Positions 31,440 through 39,305 of a stretch of DNA of 39,305 nucleotides are shown here, in pieces. The stretch's first letter is position 1. Each line of letters opens with the position of its first letter. The stretch lies in IMG/VR virus record IMGVR_UViG_3300045988_122505, positions 1 through 39,305 of that record; one strand, 5' to 3'. The position numbers were made by a program, and so were the translations under genes. The notes below the pieces were generated by a model. That model searched no databases and was not told the origin of the DNA. It worked only from the letters and a program-made list of their open reading frames with translations. This DNA comes from a virus.

Positions 31440-32832
31440 CTCCGACCTGCAGGCTTCGTGCTATCTCAGCCATCTCCGGATCGTGATTCTCGTCGTCCAC
31501 CATGCGCATGATGCGTTTGATGTCCTCCGGACTCTGGCCCATCTGCTCTGCTATCCACTGCAGGGGGTAGCCGAGCTTCTTGTATTTGAGCATCGCGTCG
31601 GCCATCAAGGCCTCGGACCGGTATTGCGGTGTGGCGAACACGACTTTTGAATCCTCGAGGATGCGGGCGGATTCATCGTCGTCCTCGAGCGTCATGGCCA
31701 TCTCGCACAATTCGCGCACCGGCTGGCGCATGAAGCTGATACGCTCCAAGGTCTTCGACACGAGTCCGGCTTCCGCGACCTCGTAGCCGGTGGCCGGCAC
31801 CTCGGCGTTCGTCAGCAGATAATGGCCAGGAGTGCGGGTCTCTGCCGCGATGTGCTCGACGGCTTTTTGGATGATCGGCAGGAACGCCTGCAGGTTGCTG
31901 GCGGTCCATTCGCCGATCGACACGTTGTCGCCGGTGATCTGCATTATGCGCTCCATGACCTGCTTGTCGAGGTTCACGGGGCGTTCGCCGACCTGCTCGC
32001 CGGTTGCCTTGTCGAAGACCGGCTCGGACAGCGAATCGCCGCCGAGAATGACCCTGGCGGGCATGGACGCGAAATCCAAAGCATTCAAGGTGTATGCCCA
32101 GCAGACGTTGACGGCGTCCTGCATCGATTCGACCTGCTCCACATCGCTGATAGGCAGGTCATCCAGGAGCATCTGATTGCGGAATTCGACCAATGGCACG
32201 CGTCCGAGCGGGTTCGCGCGCGCCGAATCCGGAACGAACCGCCAACCCTCAACGCCCGGTGGAAGACGATTCCTCTCATCGTCGCCGCCTGCACGCACAC
32301 GAACCACGTCGAACACCATGTCCGGCAGCAGCAAAGTGCCGAATTCATGCTCCTCGTCGTATCTGACCAGGAGTCCTGCGTCGACCTCACCAGTGAGCGG
32401 ATCGTAGTGCACGGCCGCGCTGTCCGGGTGTTCGAAGCTGATGCGCGCTCTGCCGTCCGGCATCGACGTGACCAAGCCGAAAGCGCGTCCGGTCGTGGTC
32501 ATCATCAGCGCGCTCTCCTGCAGCTTGCGGTCGCAGTCGTTCCGTTCCCACACGCGCATCACATGCGAGTCCAATTCGTGATCGTCATATGGGATGAAGC
32601 CCTTGAAGTGGATGCGTTCGACAGGCGCCTGCGCCACAGGCAGACACCAGTTGTCGGCGAAGCCGGAAAACCTATCCGCCATGTAGCGTTTGAATTCGTC
32701 GGATGCGAATTTCAGGGTGCCGCGCTTGCCGCGCACGTAATCCGTGTGCTTCCTGATGTCCGGCCGACGGTTCTCGATCTTCAGGGCGAGCAGGTTCGCC
32801 ATGCGATTCACGTCATCGGCGGTACGAATCAT
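31312..32832 (-). CDS. Portal protein (506 aa)
   Basis: Size and position after TerL fit. The start overlaps the TerL nuclease ORF stop. The C-terminal tail is acidic and Gly-rich. Confidence 0.85.
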   Translation of the reverse strand: MIRTADDVNRMANLLALKIENRRPDIRKHTDYVRGKRGTLKFASDEFKRYMADRFSGFADNWCLPVAQAPVERIHFKGFIPYDDHELDSHVMRVWERNDCDRKLQESALMMTTTGRAFGLVTSMPDGRARISFEHPDSAAVHYDPLTGEVDAGLLVRYDEEHEFGTLLLPDMVFDVVRVRAGGDDERNRLPPGVEGWRFVPDSARANPLGRVPLVEFRNQMLLDDLPISDVEQVESMQDAVNVCWAYTLNALDFASMPARVILGGDSLSEPVFDKATGEQVGERPVNLDKQVMERIMQITGDNVSIGEWTASNLQAFLPIIQKAVEHIAAETRTPGHYLLTNAEVPATGYEVAEAGLVSKTLERISFMRQPVRELCEMAMTLEDDDESARILEDSKVVFATPQYRSEALMADAMLKYKKLGYPLQWIAEQMGQSPEDIKRIMRMVDDENHDPEMAEIARSLQVGGASDDGDSGEPVGQPQHTGPTLPAGSEGGGQNMEGRGSATGA

Positions 32833-33485
32833 TAGAACCCCCTAGTAGTAGAACCAGTCAGCAGGTACGCCTTGCGTTTCCTGCCCCAACCGGCGGCGCG
32901 TGCATCACATGCCGCCTCATGCGCCAGCACGCACGTCACCGCCGCATCGATTTTCCGCGTCTGCTTCGGCTTGCCCAACCCGTAGCGTTCGCCGGATTTG
33001 GCGAAGCGTCTTGCGTTGCGCATGTGCGTGATGGTGATCGGACAGCCATCCTGGGTGATGGCGTGGTGCTCGAGGTCGGATTCGAAGCGTTTCAATGCCT
33101 CCCAGACGGCGGTGATGCGGCTGGAGCCGCTCATCGACCAGGGAATGTACTTCTTCGGCCCGTATTGGGAGTCCCATGCCTCGATCTGCGACTCCCACGA
33201 CACCTCGTCGCGGAATCCGGGGTCGCAGTAGGCGCGCACGATCTTGTACCGGTCGTTGAGCTCGTCCATGGCGGCGTTGACCTCGCTGCGCGGGATTCGA
33301 CCGCCCCATGTCTTCGGGTTCCAGATGGTGGGACGCCGGTCCTCGCCGTAGCGCGGAGTGAAGATGAAGCCCTCGCGTGTTTCGGCCTTGATGCATGTCC
33401 AGTCGTCGTTCTCGGAGCCGTCGAAGCCGAGGCACACCTCGGTGCCCTTCGACGGGTTCTCAAGCCAAAGCTCATGCTCGGACAC
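32832..33485 (-). CDS. terL: Terminase large subunit, nuclease (RNase H-like) domain as a separate ORF (217 aa)
   Basis: VCLGFDGSENDDWT, AYCDPGF and RKIDAAVTCVLAHEAA carry the conserved acidic nuclease residues. Confidence 0.8.
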   Translation of the reverse strand: MSEHELWLENPSKGTEVCLGFDGSENDDWTCIKAETREGFIFTPRYGEDRRPTIWNPKTWGGRIPRSEVNAAMDELNDRYKIVRAYCDPGFRDEVSWESQIEAWDSQYGPKKYIPWSMSGSSRITAVWEALKRFESDLEHHAITQDGCPITITHMRNARRFAKSGERYGLGKPKQTRKIDAAVTCVLAHEAACDARAAGWGRKRKAYLLTGSTTRGF

Positions 33486-33486
33486 G

Positions 33487-33942
33487 CTAATATCCCATGT
33501 TCCTCAAGACCGATTTTGACAAACTCTTCTGCGAGCGCTGGTAGTTCTGGTTTGTGATCTCCCTTGTCGTCGCTTCGCCGAAGGAATTGACGAATGCGTG
33601 GCTTGTGCCGCTTGATTTTGGTTGGCGTCGGATCTGTTCGTCGGAGATTCTGTCGCGCTGTGCCCTGGCGGTGCGGAATGCCTTGGAGGCTGCCCGGTAT
33701 TTGTCGTAGTTCGCCTTGGTTGCCTCTGGAAAGACGCTTTCCGGCATGCGCTGGTTGTATTGCGTGGCTCCGTGCGCGGTTCTCTGCATGATTTCCGATG
33801 CGGTGTCCATGCGGTTTCCCGCGTCGCGCATCATCTTGGTGAGATCCGTGTCGCTTACGGATGAAAGGTCAGAGGAAGAGCCTCCACCTCCGCCGCCATG
33901 TCCGCCACGTCCTGCGCCTGAGCTTGATCCTCTTCCGCCCAT
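33487..33942 (-). CDS. Hypothetical protein with Gly/Ser-rich N-terminus (151 aa)
   Basis: MGGRGSSSGAGRGGHGGGGGG..., with GGAAAGGA RBS 7 nt upstream. It lies within the insertion that splits terL. Confidence 0.55.
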   Translation of the reverse strand: MGGRGSSSGAGRGGHGGGGGGSSSDLSSVSDTDLTKMMRDAGNRMDTASEIMQRTAHGATQYNQRMPESVFPEATKANYDKYRAASKAFRTARAQRDRISDEQIRRQPKSSGTSHAFVNSFGEATTREITNQNYQRSQKSLSKSVLRNMGY

Positions 33943-34598
33943 TTTTTCATCCTTTCCGCATTGCTGTTTTTGTATGTGACCACTTCAATGCCACTGAAGT
34001 CGAAAAACGGAATGGCATCTCCGTAGAGGAGAATCTTTTCCGGTGCGAGCCTGTCGATCGCGTATCGCATGCCGAGCCGCCAATAGAGTTCTGCCGTCGG
34101 ATTGTCGTTCGTTCCGACCGTGCTTACCGCGACGGTGGAGTTGTTTGGAATGCCTGAAAAGCAGTACGGGAATGACTCTGGGCCCGCCCATTGAAGTGTT
34201 GGGATGACTTTCAGTCCGCAGGCCTGCCAGTATGCTCCGATCAGACGGCTTCGGAAGACGTTATAGATCTTCATCGCTTCCGGCATGTCCATGTATGTGC
34301 TGAAATCAGGTGTCAGCACGCACTGGAAGCGTTTGAGCGGTGCGATGTATCTGTCCGGCTGGTTCCAGACTCTCTGGAACTGGTAGTCATCGATGAAGAA
34401 ATGGATTCCGCAATGCTTGACTGTCTTTTTGCCGGTCGCGTAATTGAAGCCTATCAACATGTCAGGGGGGGTGACGTCCTGTTTTGCAAGCATTGGCATG
34501 TCGTATCGGCCAACTGTCCGCACCTTTTGCAGCAGCGGAAGATTGTATTGCCTCATCGTCCGCATCCTTGATTTGTTGAGTGGTCTATTGTCCCGCAT
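33855..34598 (-). CDS. DUF4417-like protein (about 247 aa; start 34598, or a downstream ATG)
   Basis: GIHFFIDDYQFQRVWNQPDRY...LTPDFSTYMDMP...NVFRSRLIGAYWQACGLKVIPTLQW resembles my recollection of the DUF4417 family. The GC content is lower than in the flanks. The upstream part of the 394-aa track ORF is an alternate frame of terL. Confidence 0.55.
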   Translation of the reverse strand: MRDNRPLNKSRMRTMRQYNLPLLQKVRTVGRYDMPMLAKQDVTPPDMLIGFNYATGKKTVKHCGIHFFIDDYQFQRVWNQPDRYIAPLKRFQCVLTPDFSTYMDMPEAMKIYNVFRSRLIGAYWQACGLKVIPTLQWAGPESFPYCFSGIPNNSTVAVSTVGTNDNPTAELYWRLGMRYAIDRLAPEKILLYGDAIPFFDFSGIEVVTYKNSNAERMKKWAEEDQAQAQDVADMAAEVEALPLTFHP

Positions 34599-35703
34599 AG
34601 CAGCTCTCCCATAGTCCGTCCTCGAGCCATGCTCCACCACCCTGCACCATGCGGTTGCCAAAGAAGCGTTCCGCCTGCGCGGGATCCTTCTCCATGAGGG
34701 CCTCGGCCTCCGCCTCGACGGAATCCAAAGGCACCCACGGGCTTCCGGCGTACACCCATTCGAGGATCTTGCGGCGTTCGCGCCGGTTGTTGAAGCTGTA
34801 TGGCGTACCGTCCTTGTGGCGCAGGTCCGGGTTGAGGTCGGGGTTGCGGTAGAAGATCCACACATCCGATGCCGATGTCTCGAATTGCTGTTGGGCATAG
34901 GAATTTTCGCCGGGGTCGTAGGCATTGGTCCAGAAGTGCGTCCTGCCGCCCATGCCGGCGGCGCCACGGCGTTGGGTGTCGGCCACGTCGAGCATGCCGT
35001 TCGACTTGGTGTACAGGCCGGCCTCGTCCTGTTCGGCATCGCTGATCGGGTTGCCCAGACGGCTGGTGGCCGATGCGGTCACCACATCGATGCGGTCAAG
35101 GTCGAGATCGTCATCGTCCAAGTTGATTCCGGGGCGCAGGATGCGGATGAAGCCCTCGCGCACCTTGAGCAGCTGCTTCAACGGGCCGAGCCGGATCATC
35201 GCGACGAGTGGACGGTAGGCGTTGCGCACCTGGTCCTCGGAGTTCGCGGTCAGCTGGATGAGTGGCGAAGGGTGACGCATGCCTTTCGGTTCGCCCGGAT
35301 TGTAGTGGTAGACCCATCCGCAGGGGCAGCCGTTGTCGGAGCATCGGTACACGTCGCCGGGCTTCGCCCAACCGGCGAACACGACGGGCCCGCAGGCCTC
35401 GAGTATCGCGCATGAGGCCTCGGTCGGCCCCTTGCCTGTCTTCTGCGGGCCAATGCAGCCGGTCAGACGATATTGGAAGGCCTGGTTGAGGACGAGCGGA
35501 TTGTCTACCGTGACCTCCTCGGGAGGCACGAATTCCGCGTCCTCGCGCACCCGCCAGCGGTGCGCGGCGTACCAGAATTGCCAATCGGACCAGCAGAATG
35601 GCTTGCCGCGGAGGATGCCGTCTGGCTGGCGCACATGCCGCTGCACCCACGCGTCCTGCAGGTCGGCCAATGTCGGGAAGTCGATGATCCAATCGTCGGC
35701 CAT
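34585..35703 (-). CDS. terL: Terminase large subunit, ATPase domain as a separate ORF (372 aa)
   Basis: Walker A-like GPQKTGKGPT and Walker B-like ISDAEQDEAG. The ORF ends at TAG 34587-34585. Confidence 0.8.
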   Translation of the reverse strand: MADDWIIDFPTLADLQDAWVQRHVRQPDGILRGKPFCWSDWQFWYAAHRWRVREDAEFVPPEEVTVDNPLVLNQAFQYRLTGCIGPQKTGKGPTEASCAILEACGPVVFAGWAKPGDVYRCSDNGCPCGWVYHYNPGEPKGMRHPSPLIQLTANSEDQVRNAYRPLVAMIRLGPLKQLLKVREGFIRILRPGINLDDDDLDLDRIDVVTASATSRLGNPISDAEQDEAGLYTKSNGMLDVADTQRRGAAGMGGRTHFWTNAYDPGENSYAQQQFETSASDVWIFYRNPDLNPDLRHKDGTPYSFNNRRERRKILEWVYAGSPWVPLDSVEAEAEALMEKDPAQAERFFGNRMVQGGGAWLEDGLWESCYAGQ

Positions 35704-35704
35704 G

Positions 35705-36256
35705 TCACGCCCTCAGGCGTCGTGGGAACTGGACGATCTTGGTGTCCATTCCGCTGGCGGCGGCCTCCACGTCCGTGGCGGACACCTCGTGGGCGGCCAT
35801 GTCGACGTTGTCCTCGGAGATCTTCCAGCCGAGCGCCTGCAATCCGGCCTCGGACAGTCCGATGCGGTCCTCGAGCCTGATCTTCACGGCCACGTCCGCG
35901 GCCTTCGCCAATGAGCTCTCGCAGATCACGCATTCACGCACGTACGAGGCAATCTGGTAGTGCAGGTACTTCAGCTGCGGCTGTTTCCACGCGCGCGCCT
36001 GCGGCAGACGCCACAACTGCCTCCACAGTTCGGCCTCCCGATTGTTCCAGGATTCCGAACCGGCGGTGTCCTCGACCCATTCCTGCGACTCCTTGTCGAA
36101 ATCGCGAAGCACATAAGGCGGCAGCGGAAACTTCGGCGGCCGGCCCTTGTATTCCGTGTTCGGCAGACTGCGCAAAGTGTATCCCCTGCGTTCGCTCGCA
36201 CCACTCGACGGATCGGGCATCGGACCGGATCTGACGCGTTTTCCTCCTCTTGGCAT
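35705..36256 (-). CDS. terS: Terminase small subunit (P27-family-like), 183 aa
   Basis: ATG at 36256 follows GGAGGAG. The N-terminus is basic (MPRGGKRVRSGP...GRPPKFP) and the gene lies directly upstream of terL. Confidence 0.6.
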   Translation of the reverse strand: MPRGGKRVRSGPMPDPSSGASERRGYTLRSLPNTEYKGRPPKFPLPPYVLRDFDKESQEWVEDTAGSESWNNREAELWRQLWRLPQARAWKQPQLKYLHYQIASYVRECVICESSLAKAADVAVKIRLEDRIGLSEAGLQALGWKISEDNVDMAAHEVSATDVEAAASGMDTKIVQFPRRLRA

Positions 36257-36392
36257 GTCTCCTCCATCGTCGGACGGCCTCGCGCCGTTCCTTCGCTGTC
36301 GGCAGCCGGGCCTTTCGCCCGACCCCTCTGAAACTTTTGAACCCTCCGCACCTCGGAGACAGCTCTCCGGCGGTTCCGGCGCCAATCCGTTA

Positions 36393-36404
36393 GGGGGTAC
36401 CCCC
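36393..36404. repeat. Perfect 12-bp palindrome GGGGGTACCCCC in the HNH-terS intergenic region (candidate cos-region element)
   Basis: Seen directly in the sequence. It lies in a non-coding gap of about 345 bp (36257-36602). Confidence 0.4.
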
Positions 36405-36602
36405 GTGGGTGTTTCGCCGGTTTGTTTTCGCTGATTTTCCAACGTTTTCCAATACCGCGCGTTCGTCTTCGCGGCGGGCCGCGAACCGAATTGAAAAAGA
36501 CTTGATCACTTTTCGTTTTCCGCTTCGCCTCACGCTTGCGGCGCGCGCCGGACGTCGTCGGCTTGGCTCGACGTACCGCATGCGCGCAGCAGATGAGATG
36601 AA

Positions 36603-37007
36603 TCAGCGAAGGCTTCGACCGTTGAAGCCTGAAGGTTTCGTCCTTGCCGTCTTGCTGTCGTGGCAACGCTTGCACAGGCCGCGCATGCGCGCCGGATCGT
36701 TGGGGTCCAGTCCGGCTTCGACGAGTTCGACGCGTTCGAGCGGCCAATGGTCGGCGATGGTGCTGTGGGCGCCGCACAGGCCATGGTGCCTGCCGCATCC
36801 GTCGGGTCCGTCACCAGGGCAGACGCATCGCGGGTCCCTCGCCAGCACACGGGCTCGTGCGAGACGATGCGCCTTCGAGGTGTATGGATTGCGGCCGCGC
36901 GAGCGGCGCTTGTCCTTGGCTTTCCTGCACTCGTCACACAGGGAGCCGGAGGATACCAGGTGCGGGCAGCCGGAGGTGGAGCATACCTTGTACATCAAAT
37001 CCCCCAT
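36603..37007 (-). CDS. HNH endonuclease associated with the packaging module (130-134 aa; ATG 37007 or 36995)
   Basis: CSTSGCPHLV...CDEC...ADHWPLERVELVEAGLDPNDPARMRGLCKRCHDSKT is an HNH motif. The track start at 37211 falls inside a terminator hairpin. Confidence 0.75.
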   Translation of the reverse strand: MGDLMYKVCSTSGCPHLVSSGSLCDECRKAKDKRRSRGRNPYTSKAHRLARARVLARDPRCVCPGDGPDGCGRHHGLCGAHSTIADHWPLERVELVEAGLDPNDPARMRGLCKRCHDSKTARTKPSGFNGRSLR

Positions 37008-37180
37008 CGGAGGCCCGGCATGTCTGGGGTACGTCTCCCGCGAAGGTCCCCCAGCTGGCCACCCCCGATTCATGGGCCACCGACACAACGGGTGTCGCCG
37101 CCATGGTCGACGTCCTTCGATGCGCCGGCTCCAAGGGTTACTAGTGGCTCCATGCCGAGCAGCGACGATTATAAGCATTG

Positions 37181-37216
37181 GTAAAAGAAAAGCACCAGAC
37201 CCTTCGGGCATGGTGC
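37181..37216 (-). terminator. Rho-independent terminator between the 253-aa regulator-like gene and the packaging operon
   Basis: Minus strand reads GCACCATGCCCGAAGGGTCTGGTGC followed by TTTTCTTTTACC. Confidence 0.55.
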
Positions 37217-37231
37217 AAGTTCTCTTACAGA

Positions 37232-37993
37232 TTACGCGGACTCACCCTCTTGTGCAAGCCGCGTGTCGACCAGCTCGGCCTGATTGAATTCCCACACGCC
37301 ACGGCCGATCCTGCGCGCCTTCGACAGTCTGCCGCGAGCCAGCCAGTTAGACACCTGCTTGCGAGTGGTGCGCAAGCCCGCACGGTCGGTCAGCCAGTCG
37401 GCGGCCTCCGCAGGCGAGCACGTCATGACGGCACGTCCGGCGGCATCGACACGGCCGGAGACCAGCATGTCCAGATCAAGGCGCTCGCCGCATTCGGGGC
37501 ACCAGCCATCACGCATCCCCTGAGGCACGGCCAATGACGCCGAACAGTCGGGGCATTGCACAATGGTCACCCTGCCGTCCGAAGGCGTGGAAAGCCGGTC
37601 AATGCGCCTGAGCATCCTGTCCAGCCGATCGGCCAGATCACCGGCCGACGGCGAACACACCACACGCGACCACGACCTGCACAACGCCCGATACGCCGAA
37701 CGCCACCCCTCGACCGGCAGCAGCATCCACTTCAAATCCACGCAACCAGCCAACCGGAGCATCAAACGGGCAGCCTCCTCATACACCTCCAGCCAATGCA
37801 CACTCACCGGCAGACCAGGCTCACCACCACGAACGCCACCACCGCGCTCGCCGATGTGTGCTTTGCGTTCGGCGAGCGCGCGGAGTTCCGGGATGGTTTT
37901 GGCGAGGCTGGTGATTTGTCGTCGCATGTGTTTGGCGCAGTTTTTGCAGAGGGGTGTTTGTGCTTCGGTGCCGCATTGCTGGCATTTGTTCAT
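37232..37993 (-). CDS. Zinc-ribbon plus C-terminal HTH protein, putative late-gene regulator (253 aa)
   Basis: CQQCG...CKNC and CPDC...CPECG are zinc-ribbon pairs. The C-terminus RKQVSNWLARGRLSKARRIGRGVWEF is HTH-like. Confidence 0.45.
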   Translation of the reverse strand: MNKCQQCGTEAQTPLCKNCAKHMRRQITSLAKTIPELRALAERKAHIGERGGGVRGGEPGLPVSVHWLEVYEEAARLMLRLAGCVDLKWMLLPVEGWRSAYRALCRSWSRVVCSPSAGDLADRLDRMLRRIDRLSTPSDGRVTIVQCPDCSASLAVPQGMRDGWCPECGERLDLDMLVSGRVDAAGRAVMTCSPAEAADWLTDRAGLRTTRKQVSNWLARGRLSKARRIGRGVWEFNQAELVDTRLAQEGESA

Positions 37994-38064
37994 GATGGTC
38001 CCGCTTTCGGCTAGAATTGTGGTTGGTTTCTTGGAGGTTCTGCCGGCTGGTGGGGCCTCTCTTT

Positions 38065-38367
38065 TTATTCTCCTTGTTGGGCTATCTTGTGCATGAGCAT
38101 GCGGCTGATTTTGTTTTCCTCGTCGCGTTGGTCGGCTTGGTCGAGCATGTCGGCCGTGTCCTGCATCAGGTGGGCTTGTTTGAGTGCTTTGGATGCTTGG
38201 ATGGTGGCCATGGTGAGCGCGTGGCTGATCTGGATGTCCTCGCTGCCGCTGAGGGTTTGGAGGTCGGCGAGCGCTTCGCTGATGTGTTTCTGCAGTGCGA
38301 TGGCCTGGCGGCGGATGGTTTCGGCTGCGTTGAGACGGTTTACGCTTTTGTCGATGTCGTTGCTCAT
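38065..38367 (-). CDS. Hypothetical coiled-coil protein (100 aa)
   Basis: Clean ORF; no motif recognised. Confidence 0.5.
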   Translation of the reverse strand: MSNDIDKSVNRLNAAETIRRQAIALQKHISEALADLQTLSGSEDIQISHALTMATIQASKALKQAHLMQDTADMLDQADQRDEENKISRMLMHKIAQQGE

Positions 38368-38458
38368 TGCTTGTTCTCCTTTGTTGGTTCGTTTGTGGGG
38401 TCGGCTGACAGGCCTGTGACGTATTGGATGACGGCGCGGATACGGTCGGACGTGTCGC

Positions 38459-38932
38459 TCATCGGGCGTCCCTGACGGCCGTGTCGATGCGCTGGCAGCC
38501 GAGGCTGATGTGCTCGATGTTGGCGCGCCTGCGGAGGATGAGAGCGTATTCGTCCATGACGTCGAGCTGCCTGCTCAACAGGCTGATCGGGCAGGTGGGC
38601 TCGAAGTCGAGCGTGCCGTCCGCATACCGCTGCAGCATGTCCCTGAGCCTGCCGGCACGAGCGGTCAGCTCGCGGTATTCGACGCGCATCCGCTCCTTAT
38701 AATCGGATCCGTCGGCGCTCGCGGGTTCCGCTTGGTCGGCGGCGGCGAGCACTTCGATGGCTTGGCGCAGGTATCCGTCGCGGATCCATTCGGATGCGGT
38801 CCGCCATTCCTCATGGATGATTTCGGTGGAGTCCTTGCGGAGCGCCCATTTGAGCCCGAACAGACGTTCGGCTACGGCTTCGGTGCGCGCGTCGATCGGC
38901 GGCAGTGGCGGGTCTAGTGTTTCCTCACTCAT
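38459..38932 (-). CDS. Hypothetical protein (157 aa)
   Basis: ATG at 38932 forms an ATGA overlap with the upstream stop and follows GAGGAAGGAAAC. Confidence 0.5.
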   Translation of the reverse strand: MSEETLDPPLPPIDARTEAVAERLFGLKWALRKDSTEIIHEEWRTASEWIRDGYLRQAIEVLAAADQAEPASADGSDYKERMRVEYRELTARAGRLRDMLQRYADGTLDFEPTCPISLLSRQLDVMDEYALILRRRANIEHISLGCQRIDTAVRDAR

Positions 38933-39207
38933 TTCGTTTCCTTCCTCTTTTGATTGTGCATGGTCTTCCAGGTCTTGTGTCGCAGCAGCCACACCACCCA
39001 TTCGGGCAGTTCGGTCCAGATGGTCAGATGTGAGGACGCGGCGTATAGCTTCCACCACCTGCCGCAGATGACGCAATGCTCTATCCTGCGCAGGCTGTCC
39101 TCGTATTGCGCCGGACCTATGCCGTTGCTCGCGCAGATGAATATCCCGACCGCGCTACGGCATGCATGCGGCGAGCGCCGTTTGTTACGACTGATGCCGT
39201 GCATCAT
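38929..39207 (-). CDS. Hypothetical Cys/His-containing protein (92 aa)
   Basis: ATGATG at 39207 follows TAAGGAGGCGGA. Confidence 0.55.
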   Translation of the reverse strand: MMHGISRNKRRSPHACRSAVGIFICASNGIGPAQYEDSLRRIEHCVICGRWWKLYAASSHLTIWTELPEWVVWLLRHKTWKTMHNQKRKETK

Positions 39208-39305
39208 TCCGCCTCCTTACCGAGGATGTAGACGAGCGTCGGCGGCAGTGACGGTTCGAAGCATGTGTTCGGCGGCACCTTGTACTCGCCTTTCCCATTG
39301 AGTCC
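39204..39305 (-). CDS. 3' part of the junction-spanning ORF (see 1..193)
   Basis: It is in frame across the 55-bp overlap and ends ...LVYILGKEAE then TGA (39206-39204). Confidence 0.45.
   Translation of the reverse strand, partial: GLNGKGEYKVPPNTCFEPSLPPTLVYILGKEAE
39251..39305. repeat. Terminal direct repeat, copy 2 (identical to 1..55)
   Basis: Exact 55/55 match. Confidence 0.95.

Noticed and set aside
34585-34587. TAG read-through or recoding to make a continuous TerL
   Set aside because: Translating through the TAG gives an unrelated 40-codon peptide ending at a TGA. The nuclease domain is 1.1 kb away and separated by two genes.
33855-35039. 394-aa ORF spanning the terL ATPase region and the DUF4417-like gene
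   Set aside because: The first 147 codons or so are a Pro/Arg-rich alternate frame of terL. The credible gene starts at or after 34598.
36603-37211. Full 202-aa version of the packaging HNH ORF
   Set aside because: Its ATG lies inside the terminator hairpin and the first 68 codons are Pro/Arg/Trp-rich. The HNH domain begins after ATG 37007 or 36995.

Overview
This window is a complete, circularly assembled genome of about 39.25 kb from a high-GC siphovirus-type temperate-like phage. Bases 1-55 are identical to 39251-39305, so the two ends overlap. Almost all genes are on the minus strand in classic modular order. Reading from high to low coordinates: small early genes, HNH endonuclease, TerS, TerL, portal, MuF-like protein, scaffold, major capsid, connectors, major tail, G/G-T chaperones, tape measure, Dit, Tal, receptor-binding region, lysis cassette. 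A short plus-strand repressor/moron cluster (8.2-10 kb) faces a Cro-like gene across a repeat-bearing switch region. The early/replication genes occupy 0.2-8.1 kb (ParB-like, SSB, DEDDh exonuclease, HNH, Lar-like). The most interesting content is two adjacent, mechanistically unrelated host-range diversification systems. (1) A diversity-generating retroelement: a YMDD reverse transcriptase (12716-13819), a 102-bp template repeat (13995-14096) and a 102-bp variable repeat (14239-14340) at the 3' end of a 526-aa tail-region gene. All 12 TR/VR mismatches fall on template adenines, and no Avd gene is recognisable. (2) A tyrosine-recombinase (Rin-type) shufflon (16308-19293): five intact copies plus one degenerate copy of an 11-bp TTCCGTAACCC site, and four silent C-terminal cassettes that can be swapped onto a 163-aa constant N-terminus. 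Other notable points are an SSB gene whose conserved acidic C-terminal tip lies behind an in-frame TAG, and a TerL split into ATPase and nuclease ORFs by a lower-GC two-gene insertion. There is also a canonical CCCAAAA -1 frameshift in the tail chaperone, a class-II tRNA-like element, a toxin-like mini-peptide behind a near-consensus promoter, and no lysogeny integrase. The Bifidobacterium-like host assignment is inference only. All family calls rest on motifs read by eye and need HMM or BLAST confirmation.
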